DNA of 64,000 nt. Source: Mobula hypostoma. Taxonomy: Eukaryota. The stretch spans positions 103,604,001 to 103,668,000 of the forward strand of contig NC_086107.1 in the NCBI RefSeq assembly GCF_963921235.1. Direction: 5' to 3'. A program made the position numbers and the translations under genes. Positions 1-15,219 of the stretch are shown piece after piece. The stretch's first letter is position 1; each line of letters begins with the position of its first letter. The notes under the pieces are model-generated. The model saw only the letters and a list, made by a program, of their open reading frames with translations, was not told where the DNA came from and made no database searches.

Positions 1-412
1 AGTTCTGTACCTGTGCATTGAGCCTTAGTTTTGGTGAGCCAGTGCAAACCAAGTGACATATCTGGACATGGAACCTCCATACTGGAAGCCACCTCCTCTT
101 CCCTAGCACAGAAGTGGTGAGCACACTTTCTGATGGTGCTTTGTGATTCTGAGAACACTCAAGAGACACGGCATGCTGAGCAAAATTTGAAGGGGCTGAG
201 CTGAGTTCTCTCTCACCGTCATTTCATTTTATCCATCCCTAAAAAAGTTCTCTGACCAGAATGGTCTCCAGCCAGGATGGATCTTGTTAGCAAATCCCTG
301 AGTGTATGTTGAATGTTGCCACCTGAACTCAGTTGGTGAATGGAGTTTGTATATTGTGTATTGTCCTGTCAATTCTGGTGTTAAGTCGTCATCAAACCCT
401 TTGATCATAGGT

Positions 413-703
413 AGCTCGGGTGGTTGATGGCTAGGTTGAGTTGTTCTTTGATATTGGCAATCCATTTGCAGACGTTTCATAACCATTCGAGGAGACACCA
501 TCAGTGCGCTGTTCACTTGTGGTGTGTCCTGAATGCTTAGCCTTTATATACATATCAATCAGCTGACTGGTTGTCATTACAGAAACTCAGTTGCGTGGCC
601 ATGCAACTAATCAGCGATGAGAACCCCTGCCTATGTTCCAACTGAGTTTCCATAATAACGTTTGCAAATTGGTTGTCAGAATTGGAGAACAACTCAACCA
701 ACC
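413..703 (-). mobile_element. Penelope-like (family B) fold-back remnant with ~43-bp imperfect inverted repeats and a decayed hammerhead
   Basis: 434-476 (GGTTGAGTTGTTC...TTTGCAGACGTT) is the imperfect reverse complement of 657-699; minus strand 508-467 reads CGCA CTGATGG T GTCTCC TCGAAT GGTTAT GAAA C GTC TGCA, homologous to 53001-53042. Confidence 0.65.
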
Positions 704-3700
704 CTTAATGACTCCAAATAGGGGTGTGAAGCGGGTTATAATGATAGAGTTTTACAGTTAGAATTAGTGTCGCCAACTAATGGCCACTCGGGAGACCATG
801 GCAGCACAACTAGCCCTGCCTCACAGATCCAGGGACCCAGGTTTGGTCCCAGTTCCTAAAACTGGTTGTGCAGGGTTTGAATATTGTCCCCCCCCCCCCA
901 CAACCCTTGTGCTTTAGTTTCACACGCTCGTGCTACTAAGTTACTTGACTCCTGGAAATTGCCACGAGTGTATCAAGGTGGTAGGTGGAAATAGGATCTG
1001 TGTGAGCAAGGCCAAACTGAGTGAGGTAGTGGGACTGGTGGAATTCAGGTGAGAGTTTTCATTGTTAGATCAAAGCCACCTCCTGTAGTGTGTGAGGTGT
1101 TTTTAAGATAAATAAATGGAGAAAAACGTGCAGTATATTGGTGAATCCGCTGGAATGATGCTAAGCCATAAAATTAACGAAAAAAATCTAACGTAGGTTT
1201 ACACACCTATAGAAATTGATCACTGGATCATAATGCAATTCTGATACTGGAGTTGGGTTTTTAGCTGCAATGCTGTACTTGATCCAAGACAATCTTAAGA
1301 CCCAGTAGGTTCAACCTGGGGTGAAGTAGTCTCAGCTATTTCAGTCACTGCTCTGGATTCCTAGAAACCACAACACAAAACAATCAGAGGATTAGGAGCT
1401 CTGTCCCACTTCTCTAAAGTTGTTCTTCCTTTTTTTGCAAGAAGAATGAGCCCTATTTGAGGCTTGGTTGAGTGTATTACATAGTTTGGTCTGACCTTCC
1501 TGGTCTTCCTCCCTCATCTCCACCAATGGCTGCAAGACCTTCTGCTGTCCGTGGCCCCAAGCTCTGGACTTCATGCCTTGCACTGCTTTACCTACCTACA
1601 TACTCTGAGGCACTTCTGCAAATCTGCCTCTGACCCTTTTGATCACCTGCCCTGATTTCATTTTGTAGCTTGGTACCTAATGTTACCCAATCACCTCTGT
1701 GTTAAACTTGATGCAGATGGTAGAACTGAGTGGTATTTTGTCTGTTTCCTACTGTCATGCCCTTGAAGTTGGCTTCTGTGGACCTTGCTCACAGTCAGAG
1801 GTAACTGTGATGATTTTGATTGTTACCTGAGTTTAGACCTGCTCGTCGCCTGCAAATGCCTCTATCTCTTATTACTTTCCTTGGTATCCTGGAGTTACAG
1901 AGAACTATGCTGCACAATCCTTTGTATTGCTAGCACTGCTGTTGGATTGATTTGTCCTTAGATGCACTTTCAAGCAGGGATCACTGGGTCAAAGTTCAAA
2001 GTACATTTATTATCGAATACTATATACAACCTTGAGATTCCTCTCCTTACAGGCAGCCACAAAACAAAGAAACCCAATAGAGCCCATCTAAAAAAAAAAC
2101 AATAAGCACCCAAAGCGCAGAAAAAGAAACAAATCATGTGAACACTAAAAGTAAGCAAATAGCATTCAGAAGTTCACAAAGAGTGAGTCCACATCCACGA
2201 AGCCTGTCACGACCGATCCAGGAGCCAATTAGTTGCAGGCCACAGTCTCAGTTCAGACGGCAATCAAGCAGAACCCTGAGAGGTAGAAGCCTTTCCTCTC
2301 TCATCCCCTTCCAACAAAGAGATAATTACTGATGCTTTTCTATTCCTACAGGTCCCCTTTTTAGTTGGCTGTAATGTAAATGTAACACGAGCCAGGTTGG
2401 ATTTGGTTACTATTTCATGTGCCCAAAGATGCAATGAAAAGCTTTATTTTTGCATGGCATCTGTAGAGACTGTGCCATGTTTAATTACGTCAAGGTGAAA
2501 ACAGAATGCAAGATATTGTGCAGAGTTGCAGTGCAGATAGACAAACGAAATACAAGGGCCATATCAAAGTACATTGGGAGATCGAGTTCATCAATTGTTT
2601 TCTAAATCCTGTAACACTACATTGGCAAGCCCACGTTCATTGGCATTCCCTTGCAGAGTTGGCAGTGGGCCTTTTTATACAACAGAGGAGAATGTTAAAT
2701 CAAAAGTACAATTTAGCACCAAACTATTTGTTCTATTGGTTCCTGCCCAAGTCTTCTAATCTTATCAATGTATCCTGTTTATCCCTCCGTTGTGCTAATG
2801 GCCCATCCAACCCAAACAGTCAGTATTGGCATTTACCCACCGCAAGCAACTTCATTTCAATGCAATCTTTGTTTCTCTTACTCCCTTCAACATCTTGATT
2901 TTATAAATCTAAAAGAAAGCATTTAAAACATGCAAGTAATTTGCCAAGTTATCTCAGAGCTATTAGATTAAACCACAAGTCCACTTAGAGGAGAAACCAG
3001 AACAGGGTTCCTTCAGTTCCAGAATTGAAGCATTTGGTGCCATTGAGGTCTGGAGATATCCTTTCTAAGTGTATCCAATACTTTCTATTTTTGTTTCAAA
3101 TTACCAGCATCTTGTCTATTTTGTTTCAAACGCAAAGCATATATATAGACTTTAAAGATTTCCGGGGTTGATGCCAGAAATTTGAGATCCAGTACCATGA
3201 CTGTTCCCATTCGTAGACGGTTTGGGGACCAAGGGGGCTTAGCGGAAGAGCAAAGCATGAGGGGATGGATTAGAGAAAAAAAAACACTTAAGGAAATGGA
3301 AGATGGTGACTATTGAGCTTTTAGTGTGTTATAAGCAGATTCATCTATGTCTTTCAAAGGGAATTAAATAGAAACTTTGTTAGAAAATAATCTGCAAGCA
3401 ATGTGTGAGATCGGGCAGACATCTGTGCTTGGACCCAGTGTGGACTTGATTGGCCAAATGACCTTTTCATGTGCAATAATGATGCAGTAAAGAGCATAGA
3501 ATTAATGAGTAGCTAATATGTAATCCAGAGCCTTGGATCTACGGAACATGGAGCTGCCAAGGCTGGGTAAGGTATTACCCAGGAGATCATACGGTTCCTG
3601 TGTTTACCTTCTTGCATCAGTGCCAGCCGGGTATCCAATTACATTGGACTTACAGCCAAAATCACAGCAGAACGATACTGATCACTGACCACTGGTAAAA

Positions 3701-4307
3701 CACTCTGCAGGTTAGTGTCTGTAGAAAAAGAGAGAGAGAGAGAGAGACACTAACATAGTCAACATTTAAGATTTGACACCCTTCATGGATTACAGACCAA
3801 AAGAAAAGGTCAATGACTAAGTATGATTGTTCTGAATTGCAGTTGACTGGTAATTGACTTGTTTTGGTGATTACATTTTGAAGGCAAATGCAAGTTTCTT
3901 AGCTGCAGCCATCTGGAAGTTGCACCTAATCCATTCGAAAGCTGCACCCTTTGACCCCCTAATCTCAACAGTGCAGGAACTCATGAATCAGTCCATAATA
4001 TTCTGTTTTCCTCATTTACCCCTGAGAGCACAGATCCAGCAAGGCAGAGCACCCATTGGTTCTGGGAAAAATCCTTGCTGATTGGGGTCTCAGTGCTTCT
4101 AATCAGCATGATCAATCACAAGACGAGGCCTACAAAGAAAAAGAAAATCAGTCATTTCAATCGAACCAGTTCATAATACAAATATGAGTATGACCTTTCT
4201 TTAAAAAGCTGGAAATCTAACATGAGAAAAGTGGAACACCCACACTACCATTTACTAATTTTTAATGAAGCCCCTAATCAATCCTAATTTGAGGATGTTT
4301 TGGGTAT

Positions 4308-4591
4308 TTACTCACTGTCCGTAATGCTGCTGGTGTTTAGGGCAGCAATGAAGGTCCTCCATCTCTGGTGGTGTTCAGGGTTTCCTTCATCGTGACAGTA
4401 GCTCCGTTTTCACTGCTATCAGTCATGTAAGTCCTGGGTGGAGACTTGGGTATACTGTCACACTCGGATGTAGAAGGATTCTTTGTTGCTGTTTCCATTT
4501 CGATTTTGTTTTACCAATCCGGGTTGTTAGCCCTGAGCTGAACCCCCAAACGTGTAGGACCAGTGGACCATTCTTAGTCTGGCCTCTAACC
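4308..4591 (-). mobile_element. non-autonomous RTE-derived bipartite element, 5'-truncated
   Basis: shares GGGCAGCAATGAAGGTCCTCCATCTCTGG...GGACCAGTGGACCA with 42625-42990 and both ends with 52433-52801. Confidence 0.7.
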
Positions 4592-6570
4592 AGGAAGCTT
4601 CATTTAAAATCAATGCATAGCAGATTCAGGGCTTAGCCAAAGTTTTAAAAATGGCGACATTTTGGGTAGGCTTAAGTTTAGTGCTGTGGATCTTACTTCC
4701 CCTTCTCTCGAGTCTGCTTGTCCAATCTGGTCTAGAACACCCTACCCAGGGATCAATCCTTGCACTATTTTCTCAATTAATCGGGTCAATAAAATTGATT
4801 ACATCTTTGTCGAAGAGCCGGTTACGGATAAACTTAAAAATTCGTGCCTTGTTCTTACTAGTCATATAAAACCCTGCTGTTTTATCGAGATTTGCCTCTA
4901 GACTAGTTTTCGTTAAGGTCTTGAGGTTTCTAGGCACGCCCTTGTGAGAATCACTCGAGCCATGTTGTTGGCAAAGCCCAATGGAGTGCAAGAGCTGCCA
5001 TCTTCACTGAGATGGAATCCGGACCCACCTTATCTAATAAATATAATATTACGTCCATTATGATATTAAATACAATAGGAGAAAGCTGGTCGCCCTGATA
5101 ACTCCTCTAAGTTGGGAATGAGTCCAGTCTTGACCTTGCCTTTCTCGATAAAAGTGCAGGAATCTATACGTATCTGCTATGAGGTCCACGAAATGGGTTT
5201 CAGCCCCCATCCAACCCAAAGCTTTAACCTGTGGCTGACGGGGTCGAAAGCTTTCGATAAGCAACAGCCGGATTTATTCTCGTTGGCCCCCTTAGTTCAG
5301 GCAGAACATTTACATCCACATTTAAGATTTAAGTGCTAAATTTTAAATACTGCTTTTTTAAGCTCCCTGCTGCTATTCACTTAAAATTCTTTTACTTTAA
5401 AAAACTATGTGCCTTCATTTCAGTCCCACACTGCTGCACTACAGGGGAGACATGATCGTGAAAAGAAAGCTGCTGTAATTGTGTCCTAAAGGTAAAATAA
5501 AGACTAGAATTTGATTTTTTTGTGCTTTTTTTAAAGCAAGGCTGCCTAACTCTGCTATGCGTGTCTTTGGCAAGCAGGAGAAGCTTCTGCAATTATCCAG
5601 TTTGCTTTGTGGTTTGGTAACATTGAAGGTTTCTTTATATATTAGAGCAGCTCTAGTTAGCTTGGTACAAAATGCTAAATAACACCAGCCCATCGCAAAA
5701 CTGCATCTTTAGAAGGACCTAGATTTTTTATTGGGTTTGTTCACTCAATACAATCTTTTCTGCCCTTGGGGTTAGAATGTCACACTGTCTGAGTAGAGAA
5801 CTACTCAATCTGCTGCTAGATTTCTAAGGAGTACTTGGCAGTTCAAAGTTCTTGCTCAATGGATACCAGCTCCATACTGCACCCAAGGAGATGTCCAAGT
5901 GTTTGAGAACAATAGGGCAATGAAGAAGTATTAGTGTTAATTGAAGAGCATGGTGCTCATGCTCTGATCTGAGATGGGAGTGCACTTGGAACCTGGTCTG
6001 ATTACAGTCTTGTCATTGAAGTCCTTTAAAATAGTAGATTGTATATGTGCTGAAGTTCTACCTTCATTATCTAGTTAGTGTAGACTGGATTTTTTTCATA
6101 GGAAGTGACTGCAATTTGACATTGGAAGTATTTGATCTGTATTATCCCGTTTATTGATGGAGAGACCAAGATGGGGTCCGCGCAGGATGTTTACTGGAAT
6201 ACAACATTGACAAATTGTTCTGAACCAATTATGCTTCCCACCACCATCAATAAGTTACACTGCATCTGTCTACTTCAGTGTAGGCTGCATTGAGGAGAGA
6301 GGGACTGAAGGCATATGCTTTGCTTGCTTTTGCTGGAGATAGATAGAATGAGGTCTCTTGGGTTTGTCTGCTTTGTAGACAAGAGAAGGAAGGTCCAGTC
6401 CAGGGGACTGTGCATTGTGGTAAAGGGCAAGTTACTGCTCTTCATTATATAAAGCTATAAGAGGTAGAATCACTACAGGTTGATCTACAACCTCTGGCTG
6501 GACTGAGGGTCCTGTAGAGAAATACACTTGAGCCAAAGCAGCCCAAGGAATGTGCTGTTTTGAGCCTCAG

Positions 6571-6633
6571 CACTAGTGGATGGAGAAAGAAACAGACATC
6601 AGTGGAAACTTCCAAAATACTTCCGCACACAGG
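6571..6633 (+). CDS. candidate internal coding exon (phase 1-1) of an unidentified gene; LVDGERNRHQWKLPKYFRTQ
   Basis: acceptor ttttgagcctcag|, donor CAGG|gtgaga, 63 nt, open frame that joins in phase to 7118. Confidence 0.5.
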
Positions 6634-7117
6634 GTGAGAGCTGTAACTCTTGTATCTCGGTTAATGACACTTGTAGAGGGCCATGAAATGACAATACTCA
6701 TCGGGTACTCAGTAAACACTCTGAACTTGACTGACTGTGTGGCCCAGAGTTTTCTTCATGCTTCTCATTGTTCTTCGGGACAGTGTGTAACCACTAAGGA
6801 GGAGAGCTCAAAACACTTCCTGCTAGGTTTGAGTCAGTGCTGCTTTCTCAGAAGAATCAAAATCAGGTATATAATTACTGACATGCTATACGTCCACAGC
6901 TCCTCCACTCCTGAACAGTAAATGCCTGCAAGAAAGTGAACCTCAAGGTAGTATATGGTGACATATACGTAGTTTGGTAATAAATTTACTTTGGATTTTG
7001 ATCCTGTGGTGGATGTGCGTGTGTGTGTTGATGGAAGTTTGCTGTTCCTGGAGCATCTGATCAAACAGCCATTAGGAGTCTGCAGGGAACCAGTCGAATG
7101 TCAGTTGCCCTGAACAG

Positions 7118-7299
7118 TAGCAGCAGAAGCAACAGCAACTTTAACACACTTGTTCGAGAAAAGGCTCTTAAAGCAGGGGAAGGGGACGGTGATGACTTTT
7201 CCAGAAATGTCCCAGAACTTTGATCAAGAGTCAGGTTGGCTGATGGATGAGTGGGACATGTCCCAAATTGGAAGTGTTGCTCAGGATGGGGATTCTTCT
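7118..7299 (+). CDS. candidate penultimate coding exon (phase 1-0); AAEATATLTHLFEKRLLKQGKGTVMTFPEMSQNFDQESGWLMDEWDMSQIGSVAQDGDSS
   Basis: acceptor gttgccctgaacag|, strong donor TCT|gtaagt at 7300, 182 nt open, no resemblance to the repeat families in the window. Confidence 0.6.
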
Positions 7300-7599
7300 G
7301 TAAGTATTGTTCGTAAGAAGCCATTGAAATTCAATTCCTCCATCCCACACTGCAGCTCTGCAAATGTTTTCTGCCTGATAAGTCACTGTGACAAATTACT
7401 TGCTCTAATAATTGTGACCAATGACTCCCGTGATCACTGCCAATGGTTTATTTACAGATGTCTATGCTCATTGTTTTGTAGGCAGACTTCGTACATTGTG
7501 GGGTTGAATTGATTCTGTAGTTTGAATAACTGTCCCCAGACAGCAAGCTCCTGATTCCCCTGCATGGAGCAGTGCTCAGCCAGCCTAGTGTCATAGAGC

Positions 7600-7925
7600 A
7601 TTACAGCACAGAAATAGGCCCTTCAGCCCAGCTAGCTGGTGCCAAACTTATTCTACCTAGTCCCAACGACCCAGACCTAGACCATAACCATCCATACCAC
7701 TCCCATCCACGTACTTATCCAAACGTCTCTCAAATGTCGCATTCAAACCTTCATCCACTACTTCCACTGGCAGCTCATTCCACACTCACACCACCCTCTG
7801 AGTAAAGAAGTTCCCCTTAAATATTTCACCTTTCACCCTTAGCCTATGACCTCTAGTTCTAGTCTCAGCCAACCTCAGTGGAAAGAGCTTGCTTGCATTA
7901 AGCCTATAATTTTGTATAGCTCTAT
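7600..7925 (-). mobile_element. CR1-type LINE 3' fragment
   Basis: translation ...ASKLFPL...TRGHRLRVKGEIFKGNFFTQRVV matches the ORF2 C-terminus of the long copy at 60150. Confidence 0.8.
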
Positions 7926-8885
7926 TCGGATGGATTGTGGACCTGGAGTAACTTAGGTGGTTGGAACATGGAAGAGGGTGAGGTGAGGGGAGAACATCAG
8001 CACTGAACGCCCCTAGGCCCCTCGTCAAAGTAAAACAGATTAGCAGAAAAGAGCTCCAGTAGCTGGTGGGCAAGTCGATTAAAGTATTATTTTACACATA
8101 TGAAGAAACCAAAGTGTTCTGGGGAGGAGGAGGGATGCAGAGTTCACCATCTAGCAGTCAGGAGATCAAGTCAATAGCATTTTTCTTAATCCCAATGTGA
8201 AACTATCTGAATTTGCAGTTTCCACTTTAACTCACTGTGGATGTTGTGAGTTAACTGAAGACCTTCCTTTCACGATTCTTGCACTACAGGGAACATTGAC
8301 TACTGTTTCATGGCAGTACAGGTCAACTGTGATCTTTCTGTATCGAGGAACCAGCTCAAGGGGCTGAATGGCTCCATTTCTAGTGATTTCCCATACTCAC
8401 CACTCATGGTGTTGTATCTTGCTCAGAGCTCCTTCCCTGCTGTCTTAGTATCTAAAAGCCTCATCTATTTTCTCCAAATCAAGATGGTCTTCAGTTAATT
8501 CTTACTCTCCTGAAAAGCTCAACTCAGTGGGTAAATTGGTGTTGGAGGGGAAGAGTGGGATGTAAGGGACAATTGGCCACACTTACTCCGGTTAACTGCT
8601 GTTGCTGGAGGGTAGCGCACACAGGGGTGAGCTCAGGTAGAGTGCAGGCTTGACTGTGATGTCTTCAGCTACTGTCCCTGGCAATAGCCTGGTGTAGGTA
8701 CCAGTCGTACTTGTGGAAACATCATCCGCTGTATCTTCAGGACTGGAACAAGGTACGTTCAGGGAGGGGAGCTACTGGAGAGGGTGATGCTGGGGCTAGG
8801 TCCTTGAATAGTCAGCTTGTACTACAGCTTCTACTGGTTAAAGAAACAAACCAAGCTTTCTCCTCATATTTCTTGGTACACACAG

Positions 8886-8999
8886 GATGGAGAACAAGTA
8901 TGTTTTGCTGACCAACCTCCAGCTGAGCTACCTTCTGCCAATGGCTGCATCACAGTTGGCACAGCCTCCCACTTAAAAAGTGCCATAGCTTTGCAGTGA
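8886..8999 (+). CDS. candidate terminal coding exon; DGEQVCFADQPPAELPSANGCITVGTASHLKSAIALQ*
   Basis: strong polypyrimidine acceptor ctttctcctcatatttcttggtacacacag|, phase 0 matches the 7299 donor, TGA at 8997-8999. Confidence 0.6.
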   Translation, partial: DGEQVCFADQPPAELPSANGCITVGTASHLKSAIALQ

Positions 9000-9520
9000 A
9001 AATCTCGGGAATTGTGCCAGAGTGGTAATCTCTGTTTTACTAAAGGTATTGAACTTGAGTGATACCAATCATTTTTCCCATCACCTGGACAGCTACATAA
9101 ATCAGGATGTACCTGAGCATGATCTGAACCTCTGTTTCTCTGAGCATGTTCCATGTCTGAGCTGTGAACGTTTATCGGGAACCATTTTGGAGGAATGTTC
9201 TTTAACACTCTATGCTCATTTTGTAGTCAGAAGGTGGTAGTAGGGAGGGAAGAGAGAAAGCAGACTCAATGAATTTTACTGCTTGCTTTTTTTCTTTTTA
9301 TGTTTTTAACTGTATGTAAACACTGTATTTGTGTTGAACTTTTTAAAACAATTTTTAAAGAAATATTGTGTTTGTATTATTCCGACTCCTTTTATTTAAA
9401 TTGTGGGAAGGATTGTTAATTTTTACATCAGTTTATTTTACAAATAATGGAAGGGACATTTTAAATCCACGATGTCCTGCTTTACCATATTAAAAATTCA
9501 GCGTACAAGTTGCATCAGTT
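9000..9520 (+). other. putative 3' UTR with ATTAAA poly(A) signal
   Basis: AU/U-rich non-repeat sequence after the stop; ATTAAA at 9489-9494; true 3' end not determinable. Confidence 0.4.
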
Positions 9521-9756
9521 TATAATTGCTCTCTCTTTTAAACAGTTTTTGGAAAGCAGTTTAGGATTAAGCTACGTTTAAAAAAGGAGAGCCATCCAAT
9601 TTTTGAAATCTTATTCCAGTAGTTGTTTCAAAAAGCCCAACAAAATAAGCACAAATGCAAGCTCAAAGGAGTAGAATTTTGGAAAAATTAGCATTGAATT
9701 CTACATTGCCCAGCCTTTAGGCAAATGTTTGGTATGTCTTGTGCAGTGTGCTAAAG

Positions 9757-12398
<2,642 letters not shown>

Positions 12399-12692
12399 TT
12401 TTTTTTACAACATAGATGGATATACCTGTTTTATAGTATTTCTGCCAAGTGGCTTGGCTGGTGTTACCAAGCCAGTGCCTAACTGAGGGGAGTACAGGAA
12501 TGGGATTGGCTGTGCTTCATGTACTTTGCAGTACAGCAGGGATGTAATGCCAGCATCGCCAAAGAATGGCACTTCTAATGTCATAGCGGTTCATTGGTGC
12601 TTCAGTCCAATACCGCAGGTTTGTAGGTTAGATCTATCAGATGAAATGTCCCAACCTAGACCGTATTGGACAGACACAGCCCTGCTATTCTA

Positions 12693-13376
12693 GCAACACA
12701 CATCAAAGTTGCTGGTGAACGCAGCAGGCCAGGCAGCATCTCTAGGAAGAGGCGCAGTCGACGTTTCAGGCTGAGACCCTTCGTCAGGACTAACTGAAGG
12801 AAGAGTTAGTAAGAGATTTGAAAGTGGGAGGGGGAGGGGGAGATCCAAAATGATGGGAGAAGACAGGAGGGGGAGGGATGGAGCCAAGAGCTGGACAGGT
12901 GATTGGCAAAAGGGATATGAGAGGATCATAGGACAGGAGGTCAGGGGAGAAAGACAAGTGGGGGGGGGGAATCCCAGAGGATGGGCAAGGGGTATAGTCA
13001 GAGGGAGAAGAAGGAGAGTGAGAGAAAGAATGTGTGTATAAAAATAAATAACGGATGGGGTACGGGGGGGAGGTGGGGCATTAGCAGAAGTTAGAGAAGT
13101 CGATGTTCATGCCATCAGGTTGGAGGCTACCCAGACGGAATATAAGGTGTTGTTCCTCCAACCTGTGTGTGGCTTCATCTTTACAGTAGAGGAGGCCGTG
13201 GATAGACATGTCAGAATGGGAATGGGATGTGGAATTAAAATGTGTGGCCACTGGGAAGGGTCTCGGCCTGAAACGTCGACTGTACCTCTTCCTAGAGATG
13301 CTGCCTGGGCTGCTGCGTTCACCTGCAACTTTGATGTGTGTTGCTTGAATTTCCAGCATCTGCAGAATTCCTGTTA
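12693..13376 (-). mobile_element. Penelope-like (family A) 3' fragment with inverted terminal repeat, GIY-YIG C-terminus and 12-bp TSD
   Basis: CCTGCTATTCTA at 12681-12692 and 13377-13388; 12693-12782 is inverted at 13255-13344; minus strand encodes VATHFNSTSHSHSDMSIHGL...EEQHLIFRLGSLQPDGMNIDF. Confidence 0.88.
12756..12791 (-). ncRNA. minimal type-I hammerhead ribozyme, intact core
   Basis: minus strand AGTC CTGACGA AGGGTCTCAGCCT GAAA C GTC GACT: stem I AGTC/GACT, CUGANGA, stem II, GAAA, GUC triplet. Confidence 0.8.
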
Positions 13377-13669
13377 CCTGCTATTCTACAATCCTGATCA
13401 TCATAAATCTCTCAACTCCCAGTTGATTGTGGGAAGCTGGAGAAGATGATTTGGCTACAGTCTCTTCCTACACAGACAATAAATGTCTCCAGGTACTTCA
13501 GAATTGTTGTTTGCATAAAGTAAAATAGTTAACAATCAATCACAACTGTTGGTGGAAGGTAATTTGTACCTTTTGAATGAACTTTGCAGATGGAGCTGCA
13601 CATAGCATTTTATATTATCCCCAGGCATCTAATATTATGTACTAGGAAGGCTATTAACCGAAGAGTTGA

Positions 13670-14110
13670 GTTTACGGTGAGGTCAAAGTTCTGCAAATGC
13701 ACTGGTGAAAAACTTACAGCAGCATCACAGGCATACAACATAATATTCACAAGAAAGTATAAATTAAATGTATACACAATTTTTATAAACGTACAGTTAG
13801 AGTAAAAAGTCCTTTTTAATGCACAATGATGATAGTGTTGCTATACTGTAGTGATTAGGGTTGTGCTGGTTGGTTCAAGGACCAAATGATTGAAGGGAAG
13901 TAACTGTTCTTCAGCCTGGTTGTGTGACACCTCAGGCTTCTGTACTTCCTGAATGATGATAGCTTCAAGAGGCCGGCATGGCCCCGATGGTAGGAATCTT
14001 TGGTGGGTGCTGCCACCTTCAGGTAGCAGCTCCTGTAGATAATGCTGCTGGTGAACAGTGATGTACTGTGCTGAGGCCACCACTCTCTGTAGTGTCTTAC
14101 ATTATCGTGC
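13670..14110 (-). mobile_element. Rex1/Babar-type LINE 3' fragment
   Basis: ...RKYRSLRCHTTRLKNSYFPSII C-terminal motif shared with 57780-58532. Confidence 0.7.
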
Positions 14111-15219
14111 ATTCAATCTGTTCCAAACTTCCACTGAACGTCAAGAAATATACTCTACAATCTGTCAAACAATATATACGTTCAGTTGACAGAAGTTACA
14201 TCAAATTCATTATGAATGAGCCTTGCAGATAATAGAGCACTCACTCTGATTTTTGAGTTAGATGGAGTAGTTCATACTGGAATGGGTATCGACTAAAAGA
14301 GGCAAGTCTTTTAATGAGATGGACAAGTCCATCTACAGTATTGCTCAATATATGAAACAAAATGTAACAAGAGAACGATGGATGATGGTGAACCCAAGAG
14401 CAGAGTAAGGTCTAGAATTAACTCAAACTCAAAATATACAAGACGACACAAACAAAATCCAAAGGTGAAATCACGAATTGTAGTACTAGAAATGAATCTC
14501 CTATGAGATAATGAGTGCTTAGTACGAGGCCTGTAAGTACAGACTTTCCATGAAGGAATGCGGCAGGTAATAATTCGCAGTCTAAGTCTTAAAGGGACTA
14601 TGGCAGCTAACCAGGGAACTGGTGCGCTGAAACTTGGGTGCCTGCTGCTGTTCAGTGGGACCATGACATGTAATAGTTTAGCGCTATACATACAACAAAA
14701 GGATTCAGATTAATGGAAGTAACATCATTCTTTGTACATGAGCTTTGCAGAAGTTGCAGTATTGTTTGTTAAACACTTGTTAAAGAAGGTAGTGTGAGTC
14801 ATACTTTGATAGCTATTAATAGAACAGAGTGATAAACATCCCTCCACCCTTCATGTAGAATTTAAGATCTGATACAAAATGGATGCAGGTGGTGGAAATT
14901 ACTGTACACTTTGTGAATGAGCATCGATGCTACACTCACCCTTGTATACCTTTGAGTGAGACAGAGATCACTAATAACAGCTAAAGTCTTTGAATGAGAT
15001 AACCTAATCATTCAACTGCAGCATGAAGAAAATAGTCACAATTATTTTCTCACCACAAGAGAATTCTTTACACCACAGAGGAAAGACTATTTTGTACATT
15101 GAGGGTAAATGCACATATTGCTGTGCACTCTACCCTGGATGCCTTTGAATATAATGTACTACAAGGCTGTTACGTAACCAGTGATAAATCTTACAATGAG
15201 ATAATCTATTCCATCCCTA

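Noticed and set aside
4662..4901. APE-endonuclease-like motif KIDYIFV in a 79-aa ORF
   Set aside because: GDFN and SDH motifs are absent; may be chance
13255..13281. plus-strand hammerhead in the inverted arm
   Set aside because: lacks the CUGAN box and 5' strand of stem I, so not called a ribozyme
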